Source of the DNA: an uncultured cyanobacterium
GTDB taxonomy: Bacteria; Cyanobacteriota; Cyanobacteriia; PCC-9006; JAAUQQ01
Direction of reading: 5' to 3'
Length of the DNA stretch: 64,000 bases
Assembly (NCBI GenBank): GCA_963718615.1
Contig: OY970368.1
Coordinates: forward strand, 576,001 to 640,000
Positions 46,787-57,821 of the stretch are shown here, piece by piece. Below the pieces are notes generated by a model that saw nothing but the letters and a program-made list of their open reading frames with translations, was not told the DNA's origin and made no database searches. The translations under genes and the position numbers were made by a program. The stretch's first letter is position 1. Each line of letters starts with the position of its first letter.

Positions 46787-47497
46787 GTGCGATTCGATAT
46801 CATTACGCTTTTTCCAGAATTTTTTACGACCCCCCTGCAATGCAGTCTGTTGGGTCGTGCCTTGGCAAACGGCATCGCCGAAGTGCAGCTCACCAATCCT
46901 CGGGATTTCACTACGGATAAACACCACAAGGTGGACGATGAACCCTATGGCGGCGGTGTGGGCATGCTGCTCAAGCCGGAGCCAATTTTCGCCGCAGTGG
47001 AAAGTTTACCCGTTTTGCCTCAGCGGTCAGTGCTGCTGATGACGCCCCAGGGTGAACCCATGCATCAGCGCATGTTTGAAGACTTTGCCACCAACTACGA
47101 CCAGCTCGTAGTGATCTGTGGCCACTATGAAGGCGTGGATGAGCGAGTCCTCAGTCTCGTAACACGGGAGGTTTCCCTGGGAGATTTTGTCCTTACCTGT
47201 GGCGAAATTCCGGCGCTGGCCCTAGTCAATGGCGTCGTGCGGCTACGACCTGGGACCGTGGGCAAAGCGGAGTCCCTCAAGTTGGAAAGCTTTGAAACCT
47301 CGCTCCTGGACTATCCGCAATACACCCGTCCAGCGGATTTTCGCGGCATGGCAGTGCCGGAGGTCTTGCGCTCTGGCAATCACCAGGCGATCGCCCAATG
47401 GCGACTCACCCAACAAATCGAAAAGACCCGACGGATGCGGCCCGATCTCTATGCCCAATACGAAAATCAGCACAACCATCAATCCAACTGGCCCTAG
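46787..47497 (+). CDS. trmD: tRNA (guanine-N1)-methyltransferase
   Basis: FDIITLFPE, VDDEPYGGGVGM, CGHYEGVDERV, LLDYPQYTRP. Confidence 0.97.
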   Translation: MRFDIITLFPEFFTTPLQCSLLGRALANGIAEVQLTNPRDFTTDKHHKVDDEPYGGGVGMLLKPEPIFAAVESLPVLPQRSVLLMTPQGEPMHQRMFEDFATNYDQLVVICGHYEGVDERVLSLVTREVSLGDFVLTCGEIPALALVNGVVRLRPGTVGKAESLKLESFETSLLDYPQYTRPADFRGMAVPEVLRSGNHQAIAQWRLTQQIEKTRRMRPDLYAQYENQHNHQSNWP

Positions 47498-47549
47498 GGG
47501 TTGCCCAGTCCTCGCCCAGGGCCCATGCTCCAAAGCCCATCTTCCAGCG

Positions 47550-48428
47550 TCAATCCAGCGTTGAACGTTCCGGCGGCGCAATATCCTTGCCCACGACCGG
47601 TTTCTGAGTGGCGAGTTGAGGGGCGAGCTGAGGAGCGATCGCCCGAGACACCGCCTCCGGCTCCCGATCCGGCACAACTCGCACACTGGCAGAACTCTGG
47701 CCTCCCCAGGCTAACCCCCCCACTGCACTCACCAGCAATGTCGCATATCCCAAATACAAATGGGTCGGTGTAATCTGACTGGACCGAGCATCCTGTCGTT
47801 GCCAAGGGGCGACCGTATTCGGCAACGGCTGGGATTGGGGCAGTTGAGCAATCAGCCCCTGGGCTTCTTCTCCCAACACGGCTCCGATGCGGCGGAGGAA
47901 CCCTCGCACAAAAATCAGCTCCGGCAGTTTGTCCCCTTGACCGGCTTCGATCGCTTGCAAATGGTACTGGGGCACCTGGGTCCGATTATGTAAAATCGCC
48001 AAGGATAGCCCTTGGGTCTGGCGAATTCGTTGCAGCTCAGGTCCAATGGAGGCCAACATCTCTTGCCAAGTAGGGGGAGACGCATCTTCCGGAGGTTCTG
48101 ACTGGGCTTCTGAAGGAGCCCCCGCAGGGGTCGCAGCAACGTGAGCCATCATCTCCGTCTGGGTGACCGTGACAACTTGATCGCACAGGGTTTGCAGCAG
48201 GGTTTGCAGCAATGCCTGCCCCTGGGAGGACTGATCACCACACAGGGTTGCTAACTGCTGTAGCGTCTGCTGATAGCTCGTTTGCTGGGCTAGTTGGGTG
48301 GCGATCGCCTGATGAATTTCTGGCAATCCCTCTGGCAATCTCTCTGGCAATCCGTCGGGCGTCAATCCCGCTTTAGACAACATCGATAGCGTTTTCCTTT
48401 GGCCCACCGTCATCAAATTGGCAGTCAT
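47550..48428 (-). CDS. RodZ-like helix-turn-helix membrane protein
   Basis: IGPELQRIRQTQGLSL...HLQAIEAG...LPELIFVRGFLRR, then a TM helix. Confidence 0.8.
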   Translation of the reverse strand: MTANLMTVGQRKTLSMLSKAGLTPDGLPERLPEGLPEIHQAIATQLAQQTSYQQTLQQLATLCGDQSSQGQALLQTLLQTLCDQVVTVTQTEMMAHVAATPAGAPSEAQSEPPEDASPPTWQEMLASIGPELQRIRQTQGLSLAILHNRTQVPQYHLQAIEAGQGDKLPELIFVRGFLRRIGAVLGEEAQGLIAQLPQSQPLPNTVAPWQRQDARSSQITPTHLYLGYATLLVSAVGGLAWGGQSSASVRVVPDREPEAVSRAIAPQLAPQLATQKPVVGKDIAPPERSTLD

Positions 48429-48543
48429 TCCTCACGTTCCCCACAGTAGATTCCGATTAGGGAATTCTTCCAATGGGATGGGCTGGAATCCGGATGGGCT
48501 ACGATGCCAGAACAGACAAATCCTGGTGCCTTCCCCGGCTTAT

Positions 48544-50577
48544 CTAAGCCGCATCGTCGATAACTTCCTGGAAGCGAATAACCTCTTCACGGGGATCGAC
48601 ATGGGTGACGCGCAGGGTGATGCGATCGCCCAACGCCACGTTGCGATCAAACCGAGTCGGCAGTTCCAAACCTAAATCTTCCAGCAAAACCAGCGCCAAA
48701 TTTTCATGCTCCCGCAACCAGCGCAGCATCAGTGCAGGCCAGGGGCAGTCGCCCTTACGACGGAGATATTCCAAGGCCCAGTAATGCTTGGTTTGCCGCT
48801 CCACCAGGACCGCTTCATAGGTAATCAGCCCCAAACTCACCAGCAGTTGTTGCAGAGCATCGCGCTCAAAGGGCAGGGGGTCGCCCCGCAAATGGGCCTT
48901 AATTTGAAAGTGGGCAATCAGATCGCTATAGCGACGAATGGGCGAAGTCACCTGGGTATAAAACTCTAGCCCCAAACTGGCATGGCGACCCGGTGTCAAA
49001 TTCACCTCACTCCGGGGCATACAGCGACGCACCGCACAGTCTCGCACCGGCCCCGCCGGTAATGCCAAGAGCTCAGCCTCCGAGGGCAATTCGGGCTGGG
49101 ACTGCTGCCGAAACGGCACGGGCAACCCATGGCTATGGCCATAGCGTCCGGCGATCTCCCCGGCCAAAATCATCATCTCAGCCACCAACTGCCGGGAGGG
49201 CGATTCTTCGAGCACATCGATCACAATCTCCCCGTCTTCTCCCACCTTGATCGAAGCTTCCGGCATACGAATCGTGACCGACCCCTGGGCTTCCCGCCAC
49301 TGCAGCCGACGCTTGGCCCAGGCGTGCAGATAGGCCAGCTCAGCCTCTTCAGTCACCCCCAGCTCTAGCATTTCGTCCACATCGCTGTAGGTGAGCCGAT
49401 AGGTAGGCCGAATCGAAGCGGGATAAATGTTAAATTCCTCTACCTCGCCCGTTTCCTTCAAGATCACGCTAAAGCTCAAGGCGCAACAGACCTGGCCTTG
49501 CACCAAACTCATTGGCCCCGTGGCCAGCTCCTTGGGAAACATGGGAATCGTCTGCTCGGGCAAATACACCGTCGTGCCCCGACGTCGAGCATCCAGATCT
49601 AACTCATCCCCCGGCTGCAGCCAACGGGTGGGATCAGCAATATGAATCCAAAGGCGCTGACGACCCTCCTCTAACAGCTCAACGCTCAACCCATCATCAA
49701 TCTCTCGCGTACTCTCATCATCAATGGTGTAGACCTTGAGGTGGGTCAGGTCTAGGCGATGGGCAGCATCGGGATCCGGCGGCGGAGAGCTGAGACGGCT
49801 GTAGGTCACATCAAGCACCTTAGAAGAAAAGAGCGTAGGAATTTGCTTACGACGGAGCTGAAGATTTTCGTGGGGCTGCCAATGCCCTAAGTTCACGAGG
49901 AGCTCGAAGGTGGCACGGCTATCGGTGGGTTGGTCTAGGGCCTTAAGCAGCTCAAGAGCCGCAGATTTTTGCTTGGTCTCCTCTGGAAATAATACAAACT
50001 GCTCAAGGGCTTCGAGATATGGGCGATCGCCCTCTTCCCAAGCCACGGCTTCTCCCCTGAGCTTTTGCTGCATTCGCTCAATCAGACTGTGCCAGCGAGT
50101 CTGCTTTTCCTGTTCAACAGCAATCTGATGTTTTAATTCTGCCACCTGAGCCGACGAGCGGGGCTCAAATTGATCTTTGCGTTGCTTGAAGTACAGCTTA
50201 TCTTCCGCAAGTAGTAAATAGGCGGCATAGCAGCAAACTGGACTTTGGTCAGAGAATAATAGCTCAGCCATCTCCGCCGGTCCGACAGGCTGTTTCTCCT
50301 CGACCAAAAATTCCCAGGCCACTTCCAGCGTCGAGGGGTCTAGATAGCTACCTAGCTCCGCTTGGAGAGATTTGAGATCCGCTAGGCTGTAGTCATTGCC
50401 AGGGAGAACATAAGTAATATCACGGGGATGAAGTGTATGGTTTTGACCGCGATCGTCCACCGCAATCCAGTGCTTCTTGCCTTCGGGGCGATCGAGGAGC
50501 CCTAGGCGGTGGTGACTGCGCGCCCCCCCGGAAGTATCGCTTCCCTGCCGAAATTCGACTAGCGTTCCCTTTTCCAC
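48544..50577 (-). CDS. rnb: ribonuclease II/R family exoribonuclease
   Basis: TIDDESTREIDDGLS, HIADPT, LVAEMMILAG, TSPIRRYSDL. Confidence 0.93.
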   Translation of the reverse strand: MEKGTLVEFRQGSDTSGGARSHHRLGLLDRPEGKKHWIAVDDRGQNHTLHPRDITYVLPGNDYSLADLKSLQAELGSYLDPSTLEVAWEFLVEEKQPVGPAEMAELLFSDQSPVCCYAAYLLLAEDKLYFKQRKDQFEPRSSAQVAELKHQIAVEQEKQTRWHSLIERMQQKLRGEAVAWEEGDRPYLEALEQFVLFPEETKQKSAALELLKALDQPTDSRATFELLVNLGHWQPHENLQLRRKQIPTLFSSKVLDVTYSRLSSPPPDPDAAHRLDLTHLKVYTIDDESTREIDDGLSVELLEEGRQRLWIHIADPTRWLQPGDELDLDARRRGTTVYLPEQTIPMFPKELATGPMSLVQGQVCCALSFSVILKETGEVEEFNIYPASIRPTYRLTYSDVDEMLELGVTEEAELAYLHAWAKRRLQWREAQGSVTIRMPEASIKVGEDGEIVIDVLEESPSRQLVAEMMILAGEIAGRYGHSHGLPVPFRQQSQPELPSEAELLALPAGPVRDCAVRRCMPRSEVNLTPGRHASLGLEFYTQVTSPIRRYSDLIAHFQIKAHLRGDPLPFERDALQQLLVSLGLITYEAVLVERQTKHYWALEYLRRKGDCPWPALMLRWLREHENLALVLLEDLGLELPTRFDRNVALGDRITLRVTHVDPREEVIRFQEVIDDAA

Positions 50578-50688
50578 AGATTCTTCGCTGCTGTAACGAC
50601 AATGAGATGAACGGAAATGAGATGAACGGATCGGGGACCGACCAGCTTTCCCCTAGACCTATTTTGCCCTATTCAATTTTGACCCATC

Positions 50689-50743
50689 AAAACGGGGGTA
50701 GACTCGGCCCATCCGCACTGGATGACACCAAAATCTACCCCCG
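50689..50743 (-). terminator. intrinsic terminator after rpsR
   Basis: CGGGGGTAGA...TCTACCCCCG stem followed by TTTT on the minus strand. Confidence 0.65.
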
Positions 50744-50776
50744 CATCAGGTGGTCCGGTGGACCTGGAGTAGAGGC

Positions 50777-50992
50777 TCAGCCCTCGCGGTTGATGAAGGG
50801 GAGGAGGGCGAGAATGCGGGCGCGCTTAATGGCAACGGTCAAATCCCGCTGTTGCTTTGCCGTCAGGCCGGTGATCCGGCGAGGTAAAATTTTTCCCCGT
50901 TCGGTGATGAATTTGCGCAACAGATCGACATCTTTATAGTCGATGGGATCGCTGGGTTTAATGGGAGAGAGGCGACGACGATAAAAAGCCAT
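50777..50992 (-). CDS. rpsR: 30S ribosomal protein S18
   Basis: [26 protein letters not shown]. Confidence 0.98.
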   Translation of the reverse strand: MAFYRRRLSPIKPSDPIDYKDVDLLRKFITERGKILPRRITGLTAKQQRDLTVAIKRARILALLPFINREG

Positions 50993-51117
50993 AACGTTTT
51001 CTATTCAATAGTTGGACTCAGACCGATTAGTCGAGGCAACACCTGGATTGTGTTGCTAGTCGGGTGGCGTTAAGCCTCAATCAAGCCGATCGCGCAAACG
51101 CGATCGCTAGGGGAACA

Positions 51118-51312
51118 CTATTTGGTTTCCTTGTGGATCGTGTGCTTGTTGCAATGGGTGCAGAATTTCTTCAGCTCCATGCGCCCCGTGGTATTCCGAC
51201 GGTTTTTCATGGTGGTGTACCGGGACACCCCTGCGGACCGCTTGTCGGTGTTGGTGCGACACTCGGTGCATTCCAGCGTAATGATGATTCGGACGCCCTT
51301 CCCTTTGGCCAT
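51118..51312 (-). CDS. rpmG: 50S ribosomal protein L33
   Basis: [11 protein letters not shown]...[24 protein letters not shown]. Confidence 0.98.
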   Translation of the reverse strand: MAKGKGVRIIITLECTECRTNTDKRSAGVSRYTTMKNRRNTTGRMELKKFCTHCNKHTIHKETK

Positions 51313-51388
51313 AACCTTCTCAAACCGATTTTCGGTTGGACTACGCGAACAATTGACACAATCGTTAATTATTTCATAGGCTCAGCGG

Positions 51389-52681
51389 ATGGGCAAGGAA
51401 ATGGAGCAGGCAATGGGGTCTATCTTGTCGGTTGCGGCAGCGGATGAAATTTTGGCGACCTTGGGGGGGCCGTTAGACGCCCAGGTGGAGAGTGAATGGG
51501 TGGATCTGTTGGATTTGGTGGGGCAGGGCGATCGCATCCTCTCCCAACCGATCACGAGCCCCTTGGATTTTCCCCACTGGGATAATTCCGCCATGGATGG
51601 CTATGGGGTGCGCTATGACGATGTGGTGGGCTGTAGCGTTGAGCATCCAGCGGTTCTAAAGATTGTCGAAGAAATTGCGGCGGGGCAAGTCCCGAAACAG
51701 GCGATCGCCCCCGGTCAAGCCGCCCGCATTTTCACCGGAGCCATGCTGCCAGAAGGGGCTGACACGATCGTCATTCAGGAAAATACCCGACGAGAGGGTG
51801 AACGAGTGGTGATTTTGGAGCCTCCCGGTGCGATCAGAGAGTTTGTCCGGGAGCAAGGGGCGTTTCATCGAGCTGGGGATTTATTGTTGCCTGCGGGGGT
51901 CTGTATCGGGCCTGCGGATCTTGCGGTCCTGGCGGCGGCCCAATGTGCCCAAGTTCAGGTCTATCGACGGCTTCAGGTGGGCATTCTCTCAACCGGGGAT
52001 GAGCTGGTGGCTCCGGATCAACCCTTGGGGCCGGGGCAAATTGTCGATTCCAATCGCTATGCCCTAGGGGCCTTGGTCCATCAAAGCGGCGCTCTGCCTC
52101 GGATGCTGGAGACCTTACCCGATCGCCCGGAATTGCTCAAAACCGCGATCCAAGGGGCCTTGGCCCAGGTGGATCTGGACGTCGTTTTATCCTCCGGCGG
52201 GGTTTCCGTTGGGGACCATGACCATGTGGATCAAGTGTTGGAAGCTTTGGGCGCAACGTTGCAAATTCGGGCGATCGCGGTCAAACCGGGCAAACCCCTC
52301 ACCGTGGCGACGATTCCTCGGGATTCGGGGCGATCGCTTCTCTATTTCGGTCTACCGGGCAATCCGGTTTCAGCGCTGGTGAGTTTTTGGCGGTTTGTGC
52401 AGCCGACGCTCCTGCGCCTATCGGGGCGGAGGGACTGGCAGCCGCGATTTGTCACCGCCATTGCAGACCAAACCCTCAAGGGCGGAGGGCAGCGGGAGAC
52501 CTATCTTTGGGGCAATTTGACTTGGACGGAGGACAGGGGGCGGTTTGCGATCGCCGGAGGCAGTCACAGCTCTGGCAATTTGGTCAACCTCGCCCAAACC
52601 AACGCCCTGGCGAAACTTCCCATCGGTGTGAAAACCATTCCAGCGGGAAGTCCCGTTGAGGTTTTGTTACGCCAAAGATAA
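51389..52681 (+). CDS. moeA: molybdopterin molybdotransferase
   Basis: DNSAMDGY, RIFTGAMLPEGAD, STGDEL, SGGVSVGD, KPGKP, GLPGNPVS. Confidence 0.96.
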   Translation: MGKEMEQAMGSILSVAAADEILATLGGPLDAQVESEWVDLLDLVGQGDRILSQPITSPLDFPHWDNSAMDGYGVRYDDVVGCSVEHPAVLKIVEEIAAGQVPKQAIAPGQAARIFTGAMLPEGADTIVIQENTRREGERVVILEPPGAIREFVREQGAFHRAGDLLLPAGVCIGPADLAVLAAAQCAQVQVYRRLQVGILSTGDELVAPDQPLGPGQIVDSNRYALGALVHQSGALPRMLETLPDRPELLKTAIQGALAQVDLDVVLSSGGVSVGDHDHVDQVLEALGATLQIRAIAVKPGKPLTVATIPRDSGRSLLYFGLPGNPVSALVSFWRFVQPTLLRLSGRRDWQPRFVTAIADQTLKGGGQRETYLWGNLTWTEDRGRFAIAGGSHSSGNLVNLAQTNALAKLPIGVKTIPAGSPVEVLLRQR

Positions 52682-52700
52682 CCGCCGTCGAATTGCTGGC

Positions 52701-54335
52701 CTACCAAAGCCCCCCCCGGCGACCATTGGGAAACACCGTATTCCAGTTGAGCTTTGCGAGGGCGAGCTGCTCGTCCGTGACCTTAGCGCCCGTCAGATTT
52801 GCGCCACAGAGATTTGCACCCCGCAAATTGGCATTGCTGAGATAGGCATGGGTCAAATCCGCACCCCGTAGATCCGCTTCCTGGAGATTGGCATGACTGA
52901 GATAGGCCTTGATTAACCTCGCCCCTCGCAGCCGAGCCTGATTCAGCCCCGCATGGCCAAAATCCGTATTGGATAAATCGGCACTTTGCAGATTGGCCCC
53001 GGTCAAATTCGCCTCGTGGAAATTACCCCCCGCTAACACCAGTCGCTGGAGATTGAGCGAGCGAAAATCAAACCCGGTAAAGTCGCGATCGCCCCGGTCA
53101 TAGCGCTTTTGCAGCTCGATCGGGTGGAGACGCTGTTTCACACGGGGATTATTCAAGCGATTGCCTGCGGTCATGCCGCCGTTGAGCGATCGCGGTCCGT
53201 TCCCCGCCGTACTGTTGCCAGAAGTCATCCCCAAATTACCGTTCGACCGAACCTGAGTTTGCTCAGGCCGTCCACCCGCCGTTCGCCGCTGCTGCCCTGT
53301 CGCCCGTTTACGAGCCCGAATCGCTTCGGCCATGCGCGAGGACGGCGAAGACACCTCCCCATTCAAATTTCCGGAGGTAGGCGACCCCTGGTTATGGATG
53401 GGTTGAGACATCATGCCCTGCACCAAACTGTCCATGTAGGGCTCCAAGCTCAGGGCCTGCAAAACCTCCCGCGATGACTGATAGCGATGCTTGACCGACA
53501 CCTCTAGCATTTTGCGCAGGACTTCAGCGAAATGGCTGCTGACATTGACATAGTCCTGCCACATGATTTCTCCCGTGGCGGGATTGTAGTTCAGGTCCTT
53601 GGGAGACTTGCCCGTGAGTAGGTAGATACAGGTCACCCCAACTGCGTAAATATCGCTGCTGTAAACCGGTCGCATCGCCATCTGCTCCGGCGGCGCATAC
53701 CCTGGGGTACCAATGGCATAGGACGTCAAGGCCGTTTGCTCCGAGAGGGATGTGGCAGCGGGATTGACTTTATCCTTGACTGCGCCAAAGTCAATCATCA
53801 CCAGCTTGCGGTCCTGCTGGCGACGAATAATATTAGCCGGTTTGATATCTCGATGAATCACCTGCTGGCCATGGATATACTCCAGCATCGGCAGCAATTC
53901 GCTCAGGGTTTGGCGCACCCCCTCCTCTGTAAAAGGTCCGTTTTTTTTAATTTCTTGGTGCAGGGTAAGACCCTTGATAAATTCTTGGACCAGATAAAAT
54001 TCTGTGCGGTCCTCGAAATAATCCATCAATGTCGGGATTTGCGGATGGCTACCGATCTTGCCAAGGGTGGCCGCCTCGCGCTGAAACAAATCCCGCGCCA
54101 TTCTCAAAACATTGGGTGCCGTTGACGTTGGGCGCAACTGCTTAATGACACAGTAGGGCTGACCCGGCAGACTCCGATTGCGAGACAGAAAAGTCGCACC
54201 AAAGCCGCCTTGCCCTAGCGCTCGTACAATTTCATAGCGACCATTTAAGAGGAGTTCTGCACCACAACTCTCACAGATAGTTGCCCCGGTAGGATTCTCC
54301 GGGTGTTGACAATCGGGATTGACGCAGTGGGCCAT
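52701..54335 (-). CDS. Ser/Thr protein kinase with N-terminal Zn ribbon and C-terminal pentapeptide repeats (SpkB-like)
   Basis: CVNPDC...CESCG, LGQGGFG, HRDIKPAN, DFG, GTPGYAPPE, A(N/D)LxG repeats. Confidence 0.93.
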   Translation of the reverse strand: MAHCVNPDCQHPENPTGATICESCGAELLLNGRYEIVRALGQGGFGATFLSRNRSLPGQPYCVIKQLRPTSTAPNVLRMARDLFQREAATLGKIGSHPQIPTLMDYFEDRTEFYLVQEFIKGLTLHQEIKKNGPFTEEGVRQTLSELLPMLEYIHGQQVIHRDIKPANIIRRQQDRKLVMIDFGAVKDKVNPAATSLSEQTALTSYAIGTPGYAPPEQMAMRPVYSSDIYAVGVTCIYLLTGKSPKDLNYNPATGEIMWQDYVNVSSHFAEVLRKMLEVSVKHRYQSSREVLQALSLEPYMDSLVQGMMSQPIHNQGSPTSGNLNGEVSSPSSRMAEAIRARKRATGQQRRTAGGRPEQTQVRSNGNLGMTSGNSTAGNGPRSLNGGMTAGNRLNNPRVKQRLHPIELQKRYDRGDRDFTGFDFRSLNLQRLVLAGGNFHEANLTGANLQSADLSNTDFGHAGLNQARLRGARLIKAYLSHANLQEADLRGADLTHAYLSNANLRGANLCGANLTGAKVTDEQLALAKLNWNTVFPNGRRGGLW

Positions 54336-54723
54336 GCAACCGTTCACTCGCCGCAAGGGTTTGCTTATTGGCTAGCATTCACGGAAACAGCAAAACCTGA
54401 TCCGGAAGGGGGGGCGACGCAGTCGAGTTCTAAGTTCACACGAAAGCGGAATGCTACCAGGGTAAACCTATTCTTCCCTGAGAAGTGCAAAACTACACCG
54501 TAGCTTAGGCAACGTTTTGGGAGACAGGAAGGTATAGGGTTTGATTCCCAGTGTAATGGCTCGTTTCCGGTGTATCCAGCAGTTTCTCGGTAAAATATGA
54601 CGGACCTGGGGGCGATCGCCTCCGAGTTCTCCTCCCAATCCTAGCCTGAGTGCCCCATGTACACTGGGTTCCTGGGATTTAACGACCCAATTCCATCGCC
54701 TGAGATTTACCCGTTCCGATCCC

Positions 54724-57162
54724 ATGCATATTTCTCTCCATTGGCTGCAAGAGCTTGTTCAGTACGAATTATCCCCCGAGGAACTGGCCCATCAGCTCAC
54801 CATGGCCGGGTTTGAGGTAGAAGATATCGAAGACCGTCGTGCCTGGGCCGATGGGGTTGTGGTCGGCCAGGTTTTGACCTGTGAGCCCCATCCCGATGCC
54901 GATCGCCTGCGGGTTTGCACGGTGGAGGTTGGAGCGGAGAAACCGCTGAATATCGTCTGTGGCGCAGCCAATGTACGGGCAGAAGCCTTTGTGCCTGTGG
55001 CAACGATTGGGACCTATTTGGCCAAAATTGATCTGAAGCTCAAGCCCAGCAAACTGCGGGGGGTACCCTCGGAGGGCATGATTTGTTCCCTGACGGAGCT
55101 CGGTCTGGAGAAGGACTCAGACGGAATTCATCTCTTCGAGCAGCCAGTGACGCCGGGGCAGGATGTGCGGCCCTTGCTGGGGTTGGAAGATGTGATTTTG
55201 GATTTGACCTCGACGGCGAACCGGGCCGATGCCCTGAGCATGGTGGGTGTGGCACGGGAGGTGCGGGCCTTGACCAGCGGCACGCTGACACTGCCGGAGA
55301 TTGCTCTCCAGGATTACAAAACTGTACCCCAGCGGCTCCAGGTGGAGATTCGGGAAACTCAGGCTTGCCCGACCTACATCGGGACGGTGATTGAAGGGGT
55401 CAAAATTGGTCCGTCGCCGGATTGGCTCCAGCAGCGACTCCAGGCCGCAGGCACCCGCCCCATTAACAATGTCGTCGATATCACCAACTACGTCCTGCTG
55501 GAATGGGGCCAGCCGCTCCATGCCTTTGATGCGGATAAGCTCCAGCAGGTGACCGGAGAGAAGGCACTGAGCGTGGGGGTGCGGTTTGCCCAGGAGGGTG
55601 AAACCCTAACCACGCTGGATAGCCAGGAGCGCAAGCTTCAAGCCCAAACGCTACTGATTACCGCCAATGACAACCCTGTGGCGCTGGCCGGGGTGATGGG
55701 GGGCGAAGCGACAGAAGTGGGGGCGGAGACCACGAATCTAATGCTAGAGGCTGCTTGGTTTGAACCGGTGGCCATTCGGCGATCGGCTCGCACCCAAGGA
55801 TTGCGCACGGAAGCCTCGTCTCGCTATGAACGGGGTGTGAACCAAGCTGAGCTGAAGTTAGCCTGTCAGCGGGCGATCGACCTGATTCTCGAATTAGCGG
55901 GCGGAACCGTTGTCGCTCAAGCAGCTCAGTCTGAAATCAGCGATGCCACCCCGTGGAGCAATCAGATTGAACTCAGACTCGATCGCCTCCAAACCGTTCT
56001 CGGCCCCGTTTCAATCAACGGACAGCCAACGCCCCTCCCTGCCAATCGCGTCGAAGAAATTCTGACCGCCCTCGGTTGCGAACTGAGCCCCTTGTCTAAA
56101 GCAGGCACCTGGACCGTCACTGTGCCCCCCTACCGCTACCGGGATTTGGAGCGGGAAATTGACCTGATCGAGGAAGTCGCACGACTCCATGGCTACGACA
56201 ATTTCTGCGACACCTTGCCCCAAGCGGCTGGCATTGGCAAACTCTCCAGCGAACAGCGGCTCCTGCGCCAGCTCCGCGAGAGTTTCCGGGGCCTAGGGTT
56301 AACGGAAGTGCTGCACTATTCCCTCGGCAAGCCCGATCAGGATCACCAAATTAAACTCGCTAATCCGCTGTTGGCGGAGTATTCTGCCCTCCGCACGGAA
56401 ATGTTTCAGGGGCTGCTAGAGGCGTTTGAATACAACCTGTCCCAGGGGAATGGACCGCTGTGGGCGTTTGAATTGGGACGGATTTTTTGGCAAGCGGGGG
56501 AGAGCTTGAAAGAGGGCGATCGCCTCGCCGGTATCCTCGGGGGCGACCCAGAACTCGGCACCTGGAACCGCAGCGGACGGCCTCAGCCCCTGACCTGGTA
56601 CGAAGCCAAAGGCGTTCTCGAAACCGTTTTTGAACGCCTCGGCTTAGACGTTGCTTGGCGCACGGACTCCAGCCAAACACAACTCCATCCGGGCCGAACA
56701 GCGGCGCTCTGGCTGCGAGGTCGGGCCTACGGTACGTTTGGTCAGCTTCACCCGGTGATTGCGCGGGAGCGGGATTTACCTGGCGAAGTCTATTTGTTTG
56801 AGATGGATCTGGCGGCGTTGCTCCTGGCCCTGGCCGATGAAGAGGGTCGCAAAGTCCCTGTGTTCAAAGCCTATTCCACCTATCCCCTGGCCGATCGCGA
56901 TTTAGCGTTCTTCGTCGATAGCACCGTTTCCGTGGCAGACCTAGCTCGGCTGATGGAAAAGACCGGCGGCAAGTTGTTAGAGAAAGTCGAGTTGTTCGAT
57001 GAATATCGCGGCGAAAACGTCCCCGAAGGCCAGCGGAGTTTGGCGTTCCGGCTGAAGTATCGGGCGGGCGATCGCACCCTCACAGACCAGGACATCGACC
57101 CGATCCAGCAGAAGGTGCGTGACAAACTCGTTAAGCAGTACAAGGTGGAACTGCGCAGCTAG
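54724..57162 (+). CDS. pheT: phenylalanyl-tRNA synthetase beta subunit
   Basis: [46 protein letters not shown]. Confidence 0.98.
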   Translation: MHISLHWLQELVQYELSPEELAHQLTMAGFEVEDIEDRRAWADGVVVGQVLTCEPHPDADRLRVCTVEVGAEKPLNIVCGAANVRAEAFVPVATIGTYLAKIDLKLKPSKLRGVPSEGMICSLTELGLEKDSDGIHLFEQPVTPGQDVRPLLGLEDVILDLTSTANRADALSMVGVAREVRALTSGTLTLPEIALQDYKTVPQRLQVEIRETQACPTYIGTVIEGVKIGPSPDWLQQRLQAAGTRPINNVVDITNYVLLEWGQPLHAFDADKLQQVTGEKALSVGVRFAQEGETLTTLDSQERKLQAQTLLITANDNPVALAGVMGGEATEVGAETTNLMLEAAWFEPVAIRRSARTQGLRTEASSRYERGVNQAELKLACQRAIDLILELAGGTVVAQAAQSEISDATPWSNQIELRLDRLQTVLGPVSINGQPTPLPANRVEEILTALGCELSPLSKAGTWTVTVPPYRYRDLEREIDLIEEVARLHGYDNFCDTLPQAAGIGKLSSEQRLLRQLRESFRGLGLTEVLHYSLGKPDQDHQIKLANPLLAEYSALRTEMFQGLLEAFEYNLSQGNGPLWAFELGRIFWQAGESLKEGDRLAGILGGDPELGTWNRSGRPQPLTWYEAKGVLETVFERLGLDVAWRTDSSQTQLHPGRTAALWLRGRAYGTFGQLHPVIARERDLPGEVYLFEMDLAALLLALADEEGRKVPVFKAYSTYPLADRDLAFFVDSTVSVADLARLMEKTGGKLLEKVELFDEYRGENVPEGQRSLAFRLKYRAGDRTLTDQDIDPIQQKVRDKLVKQYKVELRS

Positions 57163-57180
57163 AGCTCAAACCCGCTAAAA

Positions 57181-57768
57181 TTACCGTCCCACCCGCAATA
57201 CCTCTGCCACTGTCAGTTTGAGACTGGGGAATAGGGGAGAGAGAATAGTCTCAATCCCCTGGAAGGTCGCAAACTCATAGGCTCCAGCGATCAGTCTGCC
57301 AACCTTCACCCAGGCGTAATCGGGGTCAATGATCCAATATTCTGGAATGCCTCGCTCTGCGTACTCTATGGGTTTCTCAAGATAATCGCGTTCATGGGAT
57401 TTTCTGTCTGTCTTGCTATTGGAAACAACTTCTATGACTAGCCAGGGAGCCGGCAAGCCCTCTCGTAGCAGCTTGCCATCTTCTAAAATCGCCTTGCTGG
57501 ATTCCGGAGAATGAACGATTAAATCAGGCTGTCGAGCCGTTGCCTTGGTGCTGTCTACGGCAATTTGATGGCCGATCGCTAAGTCGTTTTCCGTCAACCC
57601 CAAACGGACAAAGGCGATCACGAGAAACATGGCAATGCGACAGTTCGCCGGATTTTCAGCACCCATTTCGACTAATATCCCATCGACCAACTCATAGCGG
57701 TTATCAGAGCCGTCGTCATAGGTTAGATACTCCTCTAGGGTCATTCGTCTTTGAGCCGCGACTGCCAT
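57181..57768 (-). CDS. Uma2-family PD-(D/E)XK endonuclease
   Basis: RYELVDG, RQPDL, LVIEVVS, YAERGIPEYWIIDP. Confidence 0.92.
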   Translation of the reverse strand: MAVAAQRRMTLEEYLTYDDGSDNRYELVDGILVEMGAENPANCRIAMFLVIAFVRLGLTENDLAIGHQIAVDSTKATARQPDLIVHSPESSKAILEDGKLLREGLPAPWLVIEVVSNSKTDRKSHERDYLEKPIEYAERGIPEYWIIDPDYAWVKVGRLIAGAYEFATFQGIETILSPLFPSLKLTVAEVLRVGR

Positions 57769-57821
57769 GGGTAACCCTCCTTTTCCTTCACCTCGGTATT
57801 TTTACTTTAGCGATTTTCTAG

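Noticed and set aside
53941-53948. A8 run in the kinase gene as a slippage site
   Set aside because: Shorter run, mid-domain, and a frameshift would give no sensible product
44944-57768. TM0106 nuclease and Uma2 endonuclease as a defence system
   Set aside because: They are ~11 kb apart among housekeeping genes and both are common solitary cyanobacterial genes
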